From a virus (taxonomy: Duplodnaviria; Caudoviricetes), in IMG/VR virus record IMGVR_UViG_3300032046_000047, positions 1 to 47,223 of that record: DNA of 47,223 bases; one strand, given 5' to 3'. The notes under the pieces were generated by a model. That model had not been told where the DNA came from. It searched no databases and was given only the letters and a program-made list of their open reading frames with translations. This document shows positions 36,359 to 45,529 of this stretch, piece by piece. Numbering within the stretch: the first letter of the stretch is position 1; each line of letters starts with the position of its first letter. A program made the translations under genes and the position numbers.

Positions 36359-36868
36359 GGCCACCTTGATGATGTAGGCGCTCCTTGGGATGCCCCGCTT
36401 GTTCAGGGTCCTGATGTAGAGCGCCTTGATTTTATTGACGCTCAGGCATTGGCCCCGATGCCTGAACTCGTAGTCTCGGTATAGGTGATACGCCTCGACC
36501 TGTTCGATGAGCCGGACCACGGCGGTCCACGCCCTGACCCAATCGTTGAGCGGGATGAGGCGGGCCCCGAGCGCCTTGCGGGTCCTGACCGGGATGTTGT
36601 AGAACAAGCGCCCGCGGTGGTCCATGTAGGCGTCCGTCCATTGGATTAGGAGGGCCAAGTAGTCCTCAAGGCGTGACGCCGAGAGCCCGAGGGTCTTGGA
36701 CAGGGCCTTGATGTCGAACACGCGGGGAGCGCCGCCCCGTGGCCTCGTGACGGCCTTGTGGACGCGGGCGAACACCTCGGGGTTCAGGCCACGACAATGT
36801 AGGTCCGCCCGTAGCTCGTCTTGCTCCTCCTCGCAAAGGACCCAAAAAGGGTCCGGGCGGGCGGGCAT
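36308..36868 (-). CDS. Hypothetical protein, possible HTH
   Basis: IKALSKTLGLSASRL. Confidence 0.55.
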   Translation of the reverse strand: MPARPDPFWVLCEEEQDELRADLHCRGLNPEVFARVHKAVTRPRGGAPRVFDIKALSKTLGLSASRLEDYLALLIQWTDAYMDHRGRLFYNIPVRTRKALGARLIPLNDWVRAWTAVVRLIEQVEAYHLYRDYEFRHRGQCLSVNKIKALYIRTLNKRGIPRSAYIIKVALKFVVRPTGEPRSDAP

Positions 36869-37222
36869 CTACTTGACGAACGTGGCAAGGGCCGAGTTCT
36901 TGCGGGGAGGCGAGCCCCCAAACCGCTCGGACGGGGAGCGCCGGTCACGGCGGCCACGGCGGCGGCGCTCGTCCCACCGCTCACGCAACTTTAGGAGCCA
37001 CTTGGGCACTCCCTCAAGTTCACGGTGGCGCTTGGGCTTGGTCTTGGGCTTGTCCGCCAAGGCCGTCCGCTTCATGGCCTTGAGGCGGGTCCGCCGCTCG
37101 GCCTCCTCGGGCTCGGGTGGCTTGTTGGTCCATCCGCACAAGGAGCAACCGCGATAACTCCCGCCTTGGCTCGTCAGATTCCCGCAATTCGGACACGCTC
37201 TTAGTTTTACGCCGTGGCTCAT
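36869..37222 (-). CDS. Zn-ribbon basic protein
   Basis: CPNCG..CSLCGW. Confidence 0.6.
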   Translation of the reverse strand: MSHGVKLRACPNCGNLTSQGGSYRGCSLCGWTNKPPEPEEAERRTRLKAMKRTALADKPKTKPKRHRELEGVPKWLLKLRERWDERRRRGRRDRRSPSERFGGSPPRKNSALATFVK

Positions 37223-37598
37223 GTCGTCGTCCCCGATGGGAATCAACGGGTGGAGGTAATGACCTTTTCTGCTCGGTCTCGCGCCGGTCGTATTTTTGGT
37301 CCGCGAGGACCCATAAGACGGCCTTGCGGCACTCCTCCTCCACGACCTTGAGCCGTGGCTCGTCCAAGTTGTAGACGACCTTGAGCGTCTTCAGGAATTG
37401 TTTGAGGATAATCTCGGCGGTGTCGTTCATTATTCCACGCTGTCCCCCTTTATCGCTTCCGTAATCTGCCCCGTTGCCACTTGCCCATTGGAAAGACTCC
37501 ATTCAGACATTTATCGGGTGGGCATACCCTCCGACCTGGAACATTCGCCTCGCATGGACCATAATTGCAGGCCCGACAATGGAACCATTTCCTCGGTA

Positions 37599-38144
37599 TC
37601 ATTTCCCATCCCCTCGCTTTTCGGACATTTGTATATCACTATCAATTTCATTCCCCCAACTCGCCCAGCCTTTCCTTTTATTTCTGGCAAATAATTCAAG
37701 TCTGGGTTCATCGGATATAGATTCTATTAATGAATAAAATTCTTCTGGTTTCTCTGAGTGCCTTTTCGGGATTGAAGTGTGTAATACTGTTGGTTTATAT
37801 CTATCCCGGTTGAAGATGCATTTTTCCATATATCCGAACAGAATATGCTGTGTAGTATGAATGAAATAATTGCCACAACCAGAGGGTTTTACCCACGTTA
37901 TTGGGGCGAGATAATTGAACCCCCATTCATGCATTATTTCAAATGCAAATGGCAACATAGCATTGGTCGACCATAGCCAAAGATGACAACCCGTATCAGC
38001 CAACAGGCGAACCCGTAATGATTTGATTTCATCTATCGTCATTATCGGATAGGGTAATTTGGTAGCGGTTTTCTCCCTGCGTTTCCACTGTCCCATTAAT
38101 GATTGGGGCCACGGCGGGTCTATCAATATTGTTTTGTAAAGCAT
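37599..38144 (-). CDS. MT-A70 family N6-adenine methyltransferase (AT-rich insert)
   Basis: IDPPW, LWLW, WGF, HSEKP, LELFAR..GW..WGN. Confidence 0.9.
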   Translation of the reverse strand: MLYKTILIDPPWPQSLMGQWKRREKTATKLPYPIMTIDEIKSLRVRLLADTGCHLWLWSTNAMLPFAFEIMHEWGFNYLAPITWVKPSGCGNYFIHTTQHILFGYMEKCIFNRDRYKPTVLHTSIPKRHSEKPEEFYSLIESISDEPRLELFARNKRKGWASWGNEIDSDIQMSEKRGDGK

Positions 38145-38164
38145 TTATCATATCCCCCTCGCAA

Positions 38165-38374
38165 TTATGACTTTTGTTCGTCCTCCCTTGGAGTATCGTC
38201 CGGTACATCTGGGTCTTGAAAGTTATCGTCATATCCATCGGGCGGTTCAAACTCTCCATTAGGATTGGGGTTATGCTCACAATCGTAATCCTCACAATCA
38301 TGGCAGGCTTCGCCCATCGGGTTCGTTACCCCATCCCAGAATTGTAGTTGCTCGTCAGTGTACGGACATCCCAT
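38165..38374 (-). CDS. Small Cys/acidic protein
   Basis: C..CHDC..CEH. Confidence 0.55.
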   Translation of the reverse strand: MGCPYTDEQLQFWDGVTNPMGEACHDCEDYDCEHNPNPNGEFEPPDGYDDNFQDPDVPDDTPREDEQKS

Positions 38375-38391
38375 TCCGATTCCCCCTCTTT

Positions 38392-38664
38392 TCAGACACC
38401 GGGCAATGGCGACGGTTGCCAATCCTCGTCCAGCTTCGGCTCATAGTCCTCATAGGTTGCCGACCGCCACAGTTCCTTTATCACAGCATCCAACTGCTTT
38501 TTCTCAATGGCACTCTGTTGGATGTAGTCATAGAGCAATGACGCAATGGCCCGTCGCTCCAAGGTATTTGGAATGCTCAGCAATCTCGCTGAGCACTTCC
38601 GGCAATGTGCCCATGGTCCTGCTATTATCATCACTTGCCCGCAACACTTTAGGTTTGACATCAT
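38392..38664 (-). CDS. Small Zn-ribbon protein
   Basis: CCG...CRKC. Confidence 0.55.
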   Translation of the reverse strand: MMSNLKCCGQVMIIAGPWAHCRKCSARLLSIPNTLERRAIASLLYDYIQQSAIEKKQLDAVIKELWRSATYEDYEPKLDEDWQPSPLPGV

Positions 38665-38681
38665 TTCACATCCTCGGTCAA

Positions 38682-39107
38682 TTAAGACATCAAATTATCC
38701 TCACTGTATATGGGTGGGCCGTCTGGTTGAGCCTTCTCCGGCTCCTGCTTCCCCTTCCCCGGACATCCTACGGTGCATCCGACGCAACTGTTGGCTTCCT
38801 TCTTGCCTATCTTCATGGCGAATCTGGGGCAAGTTGAAAGGGTTACAAATCCGTGCTTTACTGGATTATCTTCGTCGGGACCGTATTTGACATGCTTGGA
38901 GTCGTCTCTTGGCTTGCCGCATTCCTTACAGCGGTCCACCTCGGGCATCTCGGGCGGGGAGGTGGGCTTAGATTGGCGGGTATCGTGCGGTCGCTGATAG
39001 TCACAGTATCCCTCGAATGCACACCCGAACGGCCCCGTTCCCGCTGGATATATCATGTGTCCACAGGTCATTGGCACTCCGCCGATTCCGCACCACTTTT
39101 CTACCAT
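38682..39107 (-). CDS. Cys-rich hypothetical protein
   Basis: Multiple Cys clusters. Confidence 0.5.
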   Translation of the reverse strand: MVEKWCGIGGVPMTCGHMIYPAGTGPFGCAFEGYCDYQRPHDTRQSKPTSPPEMPEVDRCKECGKPRDDSKHVKYGPDEDNPVKHGFVTLSTCPRFAMKIGKKEANSCVGCTVGCPGKGKQEPEKAQPDGPPIYSEDNLMS

Positions 39108-39136
39108 GTTATTCACCGTCACCAAATAATGACTCC

Positions 39137-39898
39137 TCAGGGATGGATAAGTTGCTCGGGCTTGGGCTTGACCACATCGAGACCAAGCTCGTGCTCGATG
39201 AGCGCCGCGCACTCGGGGTTGATGTCGAACCCGAGCCCAATCCGTCCGAGCGCCTCGGCCTCATCGAGCGTCGTCCCCATCCCGCAAAACGGGTCGAGGA
39301 CTATCCCTCCCTGAGGAGCCGCCGAGTGTATGGCCCTCGTGATGGTCTCCTTGGCGTTGCTCTCGTATCCGGCGGCGTTCCTGACGGGGAGCTTGCTCTC
39401 CCATATAGTCGTGTAGTTCAGGGGCCGCACGATGGCGGCCTCGGACTTGGCGAACACGAGGACGTTGGTGTGGAGCTTGACGAACAGGTTGTTAGGGCGC
39501 TCGGGGACCCCGGTCCCCCAATAGAGCGGGAGCTTGCTCTCGATGATGTCCTCGAACCATATCCACCCGGCCCGCTCGAACGCTTGGACCATGAGCGCCG
39601 GGATGTCGAGGACCCGCCCGGTCTTGGTCCGCCTCGTCTCGGTCGTGACCCACACGGTCCCGCGGAGCTTGACGACCCGGAACAGTTCGTTGGCGATGAG
39701 TTTCATGTGGCCCTCGTATCCATCGAGCCCCGGCTCGAACCCGATGACCGGCCACTCCTTGCGATAGCCCTCGGGCTCGTAGGCGGGCGGGCCCGTGATG
39801 ACCACGTCGATGACGTGTTCGGGGAGCCCCTTGAGCCCTTCATAGGCGTCTATAATCTTGTAAGGCTTTTGCGCTTTCCACCAATCCGGTAATGCCAT
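39137..39898 (-). CDS. N4-C/N6-A DNA methyltransferase (beta class) with atypical motif IV
   Basis: VITGPPAY; ELFRVVK..G; VLDPFCGMGTT; GFDIN. Confidence 0.8.
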   Translation of the reverse strand: MALPDWWKAQKPYKIIDAYEGLKGLPEHVIDVVITGPPAYEPEGYRKEWPVIGFEPGLDGYEGHMKLIANELFRVVKLRGTVWVTTETRRTKTGRVLDIPALMVQAFERAGWIWFEDIIESKLPLYWGTGVPERPNNLFVKLHTNVLVFAKSEAAIVRPLNYTTIWESKLPVRNAAGYESNAKETITRAIHSAAPQGGIVLDPFCGMGTTLDEAEALGRIGLGFDINPECAALIEHELGLDVVKPKPEQLIHP

Positions 39899-40080
39899 TT
39901 CATTCCTCCCGTCTTTTTGTCCATATCGCACACGACATCCGTGGGCTTGATGATTTCGATTTTCCGCTCGGTCATCTCGACGTAGGCGCTCCCGTATATC
40001 CTGATGTCCTCGTCCGCCTTGAGCACCAAGGCCACGAACTTCTCCATCAAGAAACTGCCAATCTCCTTGACCTCACTCAT
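39850..40080 (-). CDS. Hypothetical protein
   Basis: Overlap-coupled ORF. Confidence 0.5.
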   Translation of the reverse strand: MSEVKEIGSFLMEKFVALVLKADEDIRIYGSAYVEMTERKIEIIKPTDVVCDMDKKTGGMKWHYRIGGKRKSLTRL

Positions 40081-40753
40081 CTCCATTTCCTCCTTGTTCG
40101 ACCTCGAACTCCTCCAATGAAATGCGCGGGCCATGGTAATAGATTAGCCTGAGGCTCGCGAGAACCTTGCACGGGAGGTAAAAGTGGTAGTTGTAGATGC
40201 CCCTCGTTCCGTTGAACGATTCCTTGTGGAACTGACCGTGATTGTCGAAAAATTGGTTGAGGTGTTTCGCCCGACAAATGGCCTCCCAAATGACGGGCGT
40301 CCTCACGATTCTTGGTTCGGGCGCAAGAGCAAAATGGTCTTGGATAATGTGGAGACAGTAGAACACATCATCCTTGGGAATGATATAGACCTTGGTCACG
40401 CCATCGGGGAAAAATTGGGTGCACACGAACGCGTTGTCCAAGACCGAGATGTAGAGGGAATCTCCCGAGGAATGCTTGAGCCCGTACTCTTGGAGATGGG
40501 CGGATGACGGGAACGCGATGACCCGTTCGTACTTGGAGAACATATTGCGGAGACGACCAATATCCTCAAGGTGGAATACCATCGTCAGGGATTCCCCGCT
40601 CACCCAAAATATCTTGTTCCTCGTCATGGATTCGAGATAATCACGGTCCAACTCGGACATGACATTCATGAGGTCCTTGGGCACGGGGACCTCGATGAGA
40701 AGGTTGGCGCGGAGCCTTGGCCTCATGTCCTTGGCGCGTTTCATCCATCCCAC
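40073..40753 (-). CDS. Hypothetical protein
   Basis: 226-aa ORF in operon. Confidence 0.65.
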   Translation of the reverse strand: MGWMKRAKDMRPRLRANLLIEVPVPKDLMNVMSELDRDYLESMTRNKIFWVSGESLTMVFHLEDIGRLRNMFSKYERVIAFPSSAHLQEYGLKHSSGDSLYISVLDNAFVCTQFFPDGVTKVYIIPKDDVFYCLHIIQDHFALAPEPRIVRTPVIWEAICRAKHLNQFFDNHGQFHKESFNGTRGIYNYHFYLPCKVLASLRLIYYHGPRISLEEFEVEQGGNGDE

Positions 40754-41454
40754 CTCTCCCTCAACAGCTTGAGTTCCACCTTGATGTCCGCCTTGGTCAG
40801 GTCACTGATGAGCCCCAAGGTCTTGGCGAGGGGAGGCTCGGGGAGATGCTTGCCCTTGGAATCGTATCCGATGTAGACGACCTCGGGATTGAGAAGGATT
40901 ATCCAATGGGCGAACTCCTCACGGTCGAAATCCATGATGGGCTCGATGCTCAGGTAGTTGAGATTGAAAACATACTTGCCCTCCATGATGGTGAACATCC
41001 TCGCCGATTGAGAGGGTGCATTGCCTTGGACCTCGGGCGCATAATGAAGGTTCGTCTCGACCGTCACGCCAAACCTGAATCGGTCGTCCATAAGATGATA
41101 TGGGCCCTTAATGCTCCCGAAATAATCTATGTAACCCTGAGGGTTCTTGGTAAAAAAGACAAACTTGCTCTTGTGCCCGCTTTTCCTGAGCCGTCCCAAG
41201 ACCGCATCCCGTATCCCCGCCGGGAATGTCCTCGACCACATATCCCCATGAGCCCACACAAACACGGTCTCGGCGTAGGGCGGGCCCTTGAGGAGCTTGG
41301 GCTCATCGAGGTAGACCTTGCCCTCACGGAACGCATCGACCTTGTACTTGCCTCTACGGCAAATCACACCGGGGACCCAACAATACGGGCACTTGTGGTC
41401 CGGGCATCCATATCCGGGGTTCCATGTGACCATGCCCTTGAACATCCGGCTCAT
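40741..41454 (-). CDS. DUF5131 (phage Gp37/Gp68, radical-SAM-like) protein
   Basis: TWNP..GCPDHKCPYCW, GDMW, FTKNP, GVTVET, SIEPI. Confidence 0.8.
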   Translation of the reverse strand: MSRMFKGMVTWNPGYGCPDHKCPYCWVPGVICRRGKYKVDAFREGKVYLDEPKLLKGPPYAETVFVWAHGDMWSRTFPAGIRDAVLGRLRKSGHKSKFVFFTKNPQGYIDYFGSIKGPYHLMDDRFRFGVTVETNLHYAPEVQGNAPSQSARMFTIMEGKYVFNLNYLSIEPIMDFDREEFAHWIILLNPEVVYIGYDSKGKHLPEPPLAKTLGLISDLTKADIKVELKLLRERWDG

Positions 41455-41596
41455 GCAATATCATCTCCCTTGAGACGCTTGACGACCTCACCTATCATCG
41501 ACACGGCCTCCTTGTGCTCGGGAACGCATAGGTTGATGCGAGAGATGGCCCCATTCAACCGGCTAATCAGGGCCATTCGTTGGTGCCTACTCAATC

Positions 41597-41971
41597 TCAT
41601 CGTCCCACCGCCGCGTTCTCCCGCTCCATGTCGTACTTGCGGGCCTCGTAGTCAAGACCGAGTTCATCCATTATCCTCCTTGCATTGTAGACGACATCGC
41701 CCATGTTGGCGAGCGTCATCTTGTCGTGCATCCTCTTGACCTCGTTGAGGGCCGCTTGCTCGGTATATCGGCGGATATGGCCTTTGGTGTCGAGGAGGGG
41801 GAGCCCCGTGGCCGAGCACACCACACACCATCCCATGTCGGGCTCGTGGACCAACGGCGTCATCGAGGGCGTGGCGCTCAAGTCCTCTTGACAGAACAAG
41901 CACCGCCTCAGGTTGCCCGCCCAAGCCCCCCCGCACCGAGGACAAACCTTGATACTACTCGCCTCGTCCAT
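41597..41971 (-). CDS. Zn-ribbon protein
   Basis: CPRCG..CLFC..CVVC. Confidence 0.6.
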   Translation of the reverse strand: MDEASSIKVCPRCGGAWAGNLRRCLFCQEDLSATPSMTPLVHEPDMGWCVVCSATGLPLLDTKGHIRRYTEQAALNEVKRMHDKMTLANMGDVVYNARRIMDELGLDYEARKYDMERENAAVGR

Positions 41972-42041
41972 TATAGGCGCTCTCCCGTCCTCATGTACAC
42001 GGCCACGACGGCCAAGGCGGCAAGCATCTCGTGGGAGCACA

Positions 42042-42299
42042 TCACAACCACTCAAGTCCAATCGTTGGCGGGGCCACGACGAGGCCCTTGGACGTTATGT
42101 GTTTCTTGAACATCTTGACCTCGATGGCCTTGCAAAAGCGGCATCGGTAGACGACGGCGAACCGATGGTCCTTAGCTTGGATGTCTCGGACGGCCACGGG
42201 GTCGAACTCCCGTTGGGTCTCGCACGTCGAGCATCGTTGGATAAGGGTGGAGGCGGGCGCTTTCAGGGCCTTGGATGTGGGAATGGACCTACTCAACAT
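42042..42299 (-). CDS. Zn-ribbon protein
   Basis: CSTC..CRFC. Confidence 0.6.
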   Translation of the reverse strand: MLSRSIPTSKALKAPASTLIQRCSTCETQREFDPVAVRDIQAKDHRFAVVYRCRFCKAIEVKMFKKHITSKGLVVAPPTIGLEWL

Positions 42300-42648
42300 A
42301 GTTCACCCTCCACAAGCGCCATGTCATGGGCGCATCGGGGAGCACGGTCTCAAGCTCATCGACCGGGAGCCCCGGTGCGGCGTTCCCGCAATAGAACGTG
42401 ATGGTCTTGACGACCTTGTAGAGCGTCCGGTCCCCGCACACGATGACCGCCTTGACCGTTGCCCCTTGGTTGAGGAGCTTGATGGCCGCCATCATCCGCG
42501 TGTTCCAAAACTCGCTCGCGTTCCTGACCTCGTAATTCTTGGTCCCCGCTAAGACCCGGTCAAAGAATACCTTGCGGATTCGGAACGACAGACAATACAC
42601 CTTGCCCTTTTTGGGCAACAAATCCGGCTCTCCCTTATTCGTCATCAT
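42289..42648 (-). CDS. ASCH-domain protein
   Basis: FFDRVLAGTKNYEVR (GxKxxExR). Confidence 0.75.
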   Translation of the reverse strand: MMTNKGEPDLLPKKGKVYCLSFRIRKVFFDRVLAGTKNYEVRNASEFWNTRMMAAIKLLNQGATVKAVIVCGDRTLYKVVKTITFYCGNAAPGLPVDELETVLPDAPMTWRLWRVNYVE

Positions 42649-42831
42649 CCACCTCCATCGTATCCACATCACCGTAGTCCACGGTCCGGCTCACCATCAT
42701 GACCACCATACTCAGATATATCACGGGAACTAAATATAGTTGACGCTCCCTCAACGAGTTCGTCGTTGCACACAAAAGATAAACCGGACGACGATATGGC
42801 TCGCCGCCCGGTGGCCCAATGATGGATGAAT

Positions 42832-43455
42832 CTATTGGATTTCGGGCACACACACGGTCAGGGTTATCGTGACCTTGATGACATCACCCTCATCCAAGTC
42901 ACGTGTGCCGAGGGCAAATGAGCCCTCCCCGTACAGTTTGCCGGTCGTGCCTTCGAGCGTTGACTCGTTCGCGAGGAAACACCCGGCGACCTTGCCCGCC
43001 TTGGTAATGTTGAACTCCGCCTTTGACAGCGAATTGTTCACTGAACCCTCACTGACCGCGCCGGGAGTGAACGCTTGCCGGGTCTCTTCCTCGATGTCGA
43101 GAAATTCCGTCCATCCCGCATGACCCGCCATTACGTCGTCATCGTCGTAGACCGGGTCAACGGCTCCGGCCACCAAGCCGATGAACCATGTTGGCCCGAC
43201 GCTACCCGTGACGAATGTGGCATCGAGTAAGGCGTTGAGTCCTTCGGTGGTAACCAGATTCCTGAAATCGTCGCACCACTTTAGAGACTTGTCGGCTCCG
43301 AATACCTCGATGTGGTATTTGGTCATCGCCTCGGCCAAAAGGTGTCTGTATCGATTGGCCTTTATGGCGCTCACATTCAGCATTGTCGGCTTCACGACCA
43401 TATCAACTGAGCCTTTGCCCCCTACCTGTTTTACCTCAACAATCATATCTGCCAT
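42832..43455 (-). CDS. Virion/tail-fibre-like structural protein displaced into the early arm
   Basis: NLVTTEGLNALL..WFIGL..WTE ... GDVIKVTITLT; own TATA-like element at 43482-43495. Confidence 0.6.
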   Translation of the reverse strand: MADMIVEVKQVGGKGSVDMVVKPTMLNVSAIKANRYRHLLAEAMTKYHIEVFGADKSLKWCDDFRNLVTTEGLNALLDATFVTGSVGPTWFIGLVAGAVDPVYDDDDVMAGHAGWTEFLDIEEETRQAFTPGAVSEGSVNNSLSKAEFNITKAGKVAGCFLANESTLEGTTGKLYGEGSFALGTRDLDEGDVIKVTITLTVCVPEIQ

Positions 43456-43524
43456 AATCAAAACCCCGGCGGTTCGACCGCAATAATATATATTGATGCC
43501 TGAATATCTATTTTGTGGTGCATT

Positions 43525-44082
43525 TCATAGTCGTGCATCTACATCAACCTCATCGCCCCATGCATCCCACCCGGCAACTCGGCGGCGGGCGAATAGTTCG
43601 ATGCGAGGGACATCACCGGCGAGAGCCACGATGCGCGAGCGGACCTCATCGGGCTTTTGCGAGTGGGACCGCCTCGGCGAGTTGAGGAATTGATGGACCT
43701 TGTAGTTCTTGGCGAGGGACTTGCCACGTCGACCCATGAAACAAAACTCACATGACCTCAACGGTGGGACCGTGAATGTTGGGCACTCCCTGAACAAGGT
43801 TGTTTGGCTTGTCTTGTGCCACACGAACGCCACGGACACGTACTCGAACCCCCAATCCAACATTACCGTCGACATAAACGGGATATGGCTCTCTACGCAC
43901 CACATGAATAAAAGGGCATCGTCGAGAACAATCTCCTTGACGGGGAGCGCCCTTATGCCCTCGATGGTCATGGTCTTGTAGGGGACCACGTCATCATAAC
44001 GGTGAGAGAAATCAAAACACCGGGCCTCCCAAGGCGGGTCCGCGTAGATGACGGCGTATTTCTTATCGGGGAACGGAATCAC
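43525..44082 (-). CDS. MT-A70 family N6-adenine methyltransferase
   Basis: IYADPPW, LFMW, WGFEY, HSQKP, IELFAR..GWDAWG. Confidence 0.9.
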   Translation of the reverse strand: MIPFPDKKYAVIYADPPWEARCFDFSHRYDDVVPYKTMTIEGIRALPVKEIVLDDALLFMWCVESHIPFMSTVMLDWGFEYVSVAFVWHKTSQTTLFRECPTFTVPPLRSCEFCFMGRRGKSLAKNYKVHQFLNSPRRSHSQKPDEVRSRIVALAGDVPRIELFARRRVAGWDAWGDEVDVDARL

Positions 44083-44534
44083 GAGGGAGCCCCCGAGAGT
44101 ATCTTGTCCGCCTCCTCGGCGGTGAGCTTGCCGGTCTTGACGAGCGGCTCCAAATATCGGTGAGCGCTCATCGTGTCCTTGTCCTTGACGAACGCCTTGG
44201 CCATCTTGACGGCGTTCTCGACGGCCCCCTCCTCCTCGACCTTGTTCTCGACCGCCTTGGCCTTGGCCCTGACCTCCCGCTCTTGGGACTTGATGACCGA
44301 CAGACCGGCCATGTAGGTCTTGAGGTCCTCCTCCTCCTCTCGGGCCTCGTCCAACAACTTGGCCGCCTTGGCCTTTTTCTCCTCGATTAGCTTGCGCTTG
44401 CTCTCGACATCCATCCCTCTCACCCCATCAACCAATTCGTTTACTTTCTCGGAAATCTTGCCCTTGCCGAGCTTGTAGAGCCACGCCGCATTATCGGGCG
44501 TGAAGCTCACCGTTATTGGGACCCTAACGGGCAT
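44079..44534 (-). CDS. RHH-like DNA-binding protein with coiled coil
   Basis: RVPITVSF beta strand plus two helices (ISEKVNELV). Confidence 0.6.
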   Translation of the reverse strand: MPVRVPITVSFTPDNAAWLYKLGKGKISEKVNELVDGVRGMDVESKRKLIEEKKAKAAKLLDEAREEEEDLKTYMAGLSVIKSQEREVRAKAKAVENKVEEEGAVENAVKMAKAFVKDKDTMSAHRYLEPLVKTGKLTAEEADKILSGAPS

Positions 44535-44538
44535 AGAA

Positions 44539-44682
44539 TCACTCTTGGGCCAACAACCTGACAGCCTCATCGAGAAACGCGAGCCATGTGAGCTTTTTGT
44601 TGACGGCAAGCTCTCGATTTCCCTTGGCCCTTGCCCATCGCATAAACACCTCGTCGTCCATCGGTAGGTTGAGTGCTTTCAT
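44539..44682 (-). CDS. Small RHH/CopG-like protein (47 aa)
   Basis: MKALNLPMDDEVF..; TTTATA box at ~44719-44724 upstream. Confidence 0.55.
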   Translation of the reverse strand: MKALNLPMDDEVFMRWARAKGNRELAVNKKLTWLAFLDEAVRLLAQE

Positions 44683-44749
44683 GTCCTCGTCCTCGCCTGA
44701 GCCCCATGGTCTTGTGTCTATAAATAAGTTACTTAGCCCCCTCGATGGA

Positions 44750-44946
44750 TGTGTGACAGGTGTATGACAAGTGGTGTATGACAGGGTGTGTGACAGGACC
44801 AAGGGATGTGTGACAGGTGTATGACATTTCCGGTGGAACTCGACCCTTGTTTAATTAATACCCAAACCTCTATTGCCTGTGGACTAAAAGGAGGAGGAGG
44901 AGGAGGAGTATCTCTACTTGAAAAGTGTCATGTGTGTTGTCATACA
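44750..44946. repeat. Iteron-like array: six direct TGT(G/A)TGACA copies, AT-rich spacer, (GGA)6 tract, inverted copy; candidate origin/operator
   Basis: Copies at 44750, 44761, 44775, 44787, 44807, 44818; inverted TGTCATACA at 44938. Confidence 0.75.
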
Positions 44947-45049
44947 CGTGACAAATCCAAGGCCCCCCCCCATCCCTTTCAAGTTCCACAAGTACTCAAG
45001 GGGCTCTCCTCGCAAAAGGTCATTAGGTTCGGCCACCATCTTCACCCTC

Positions 45050-45322
45050 ATGAGGCCCCTCAAAGCCCCTCGATGCCCCGCTTGCAAAAGACCGATGAAA
45101 AGACTCGGATGGAGCACGAGCGAACCGTTCCGTACCCTCTATAGTTGTACTCACGGCGGGCGCTCTCAAATGAGGGGGGACAAGAGATTCATGGTTAAGG
45201 GCATCAATTTCTTGGTGGCCACCGAGGTCCGGCCCGGTCTTGGTCCTGAGCCTGTCGTCGTCGACCGGATTTGGATTGATTACAAGACCAACTCTCGTGG
45301 GACCTTCAAGCCAGTCAAGTAA
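45050..45322 (+). CDS. Zn-ribbon hypothetical protein
   Basis: CPACK..CTH; start uncertain. Confidence 0.55.
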   Translation: MRPLKAPRCPACKRPMKRLGWSTSEPFRTLYSCTHGGRSQMRGDKRFMVKGINFLVATEVRPGLGPEPVVVDRIWIDYKTNSRGTFKPVK

Positions 45323-45358
45323 TTTCCCCTGAGGTCCCCCCCTACCCCCGCCAAGCCT

Positions 45359-45391
45359 TGACAGGGGCATCGTGTGGACATTCCTGACGTT
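45359..45391 (+). promoter_or_regulatory. 33-bp element, copy 2 (putative late promoter)
   Basis: Identical to 9795-9827; upstream of TerS. Confidence 0.7.
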
Positions 45392-45529
45392 ATCCAAGCT
45401 CGTCCGCAAGAGCCATGGCGTCGTCGTCCGGCGCGGGACCCTCATGGAATAGACCACCACCATGGTTTAAGTGGGCCATCACCTCGTTGGCCCTTTCCGT
45501 GGCCCTTGCGGGCTCAACGCCTCACGGTC

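Noticed and set aside
44750-44830. CRISPR mini-array
   Set aside because: Repeats are only 9-11 bp with no unique spacers of CRISPR length
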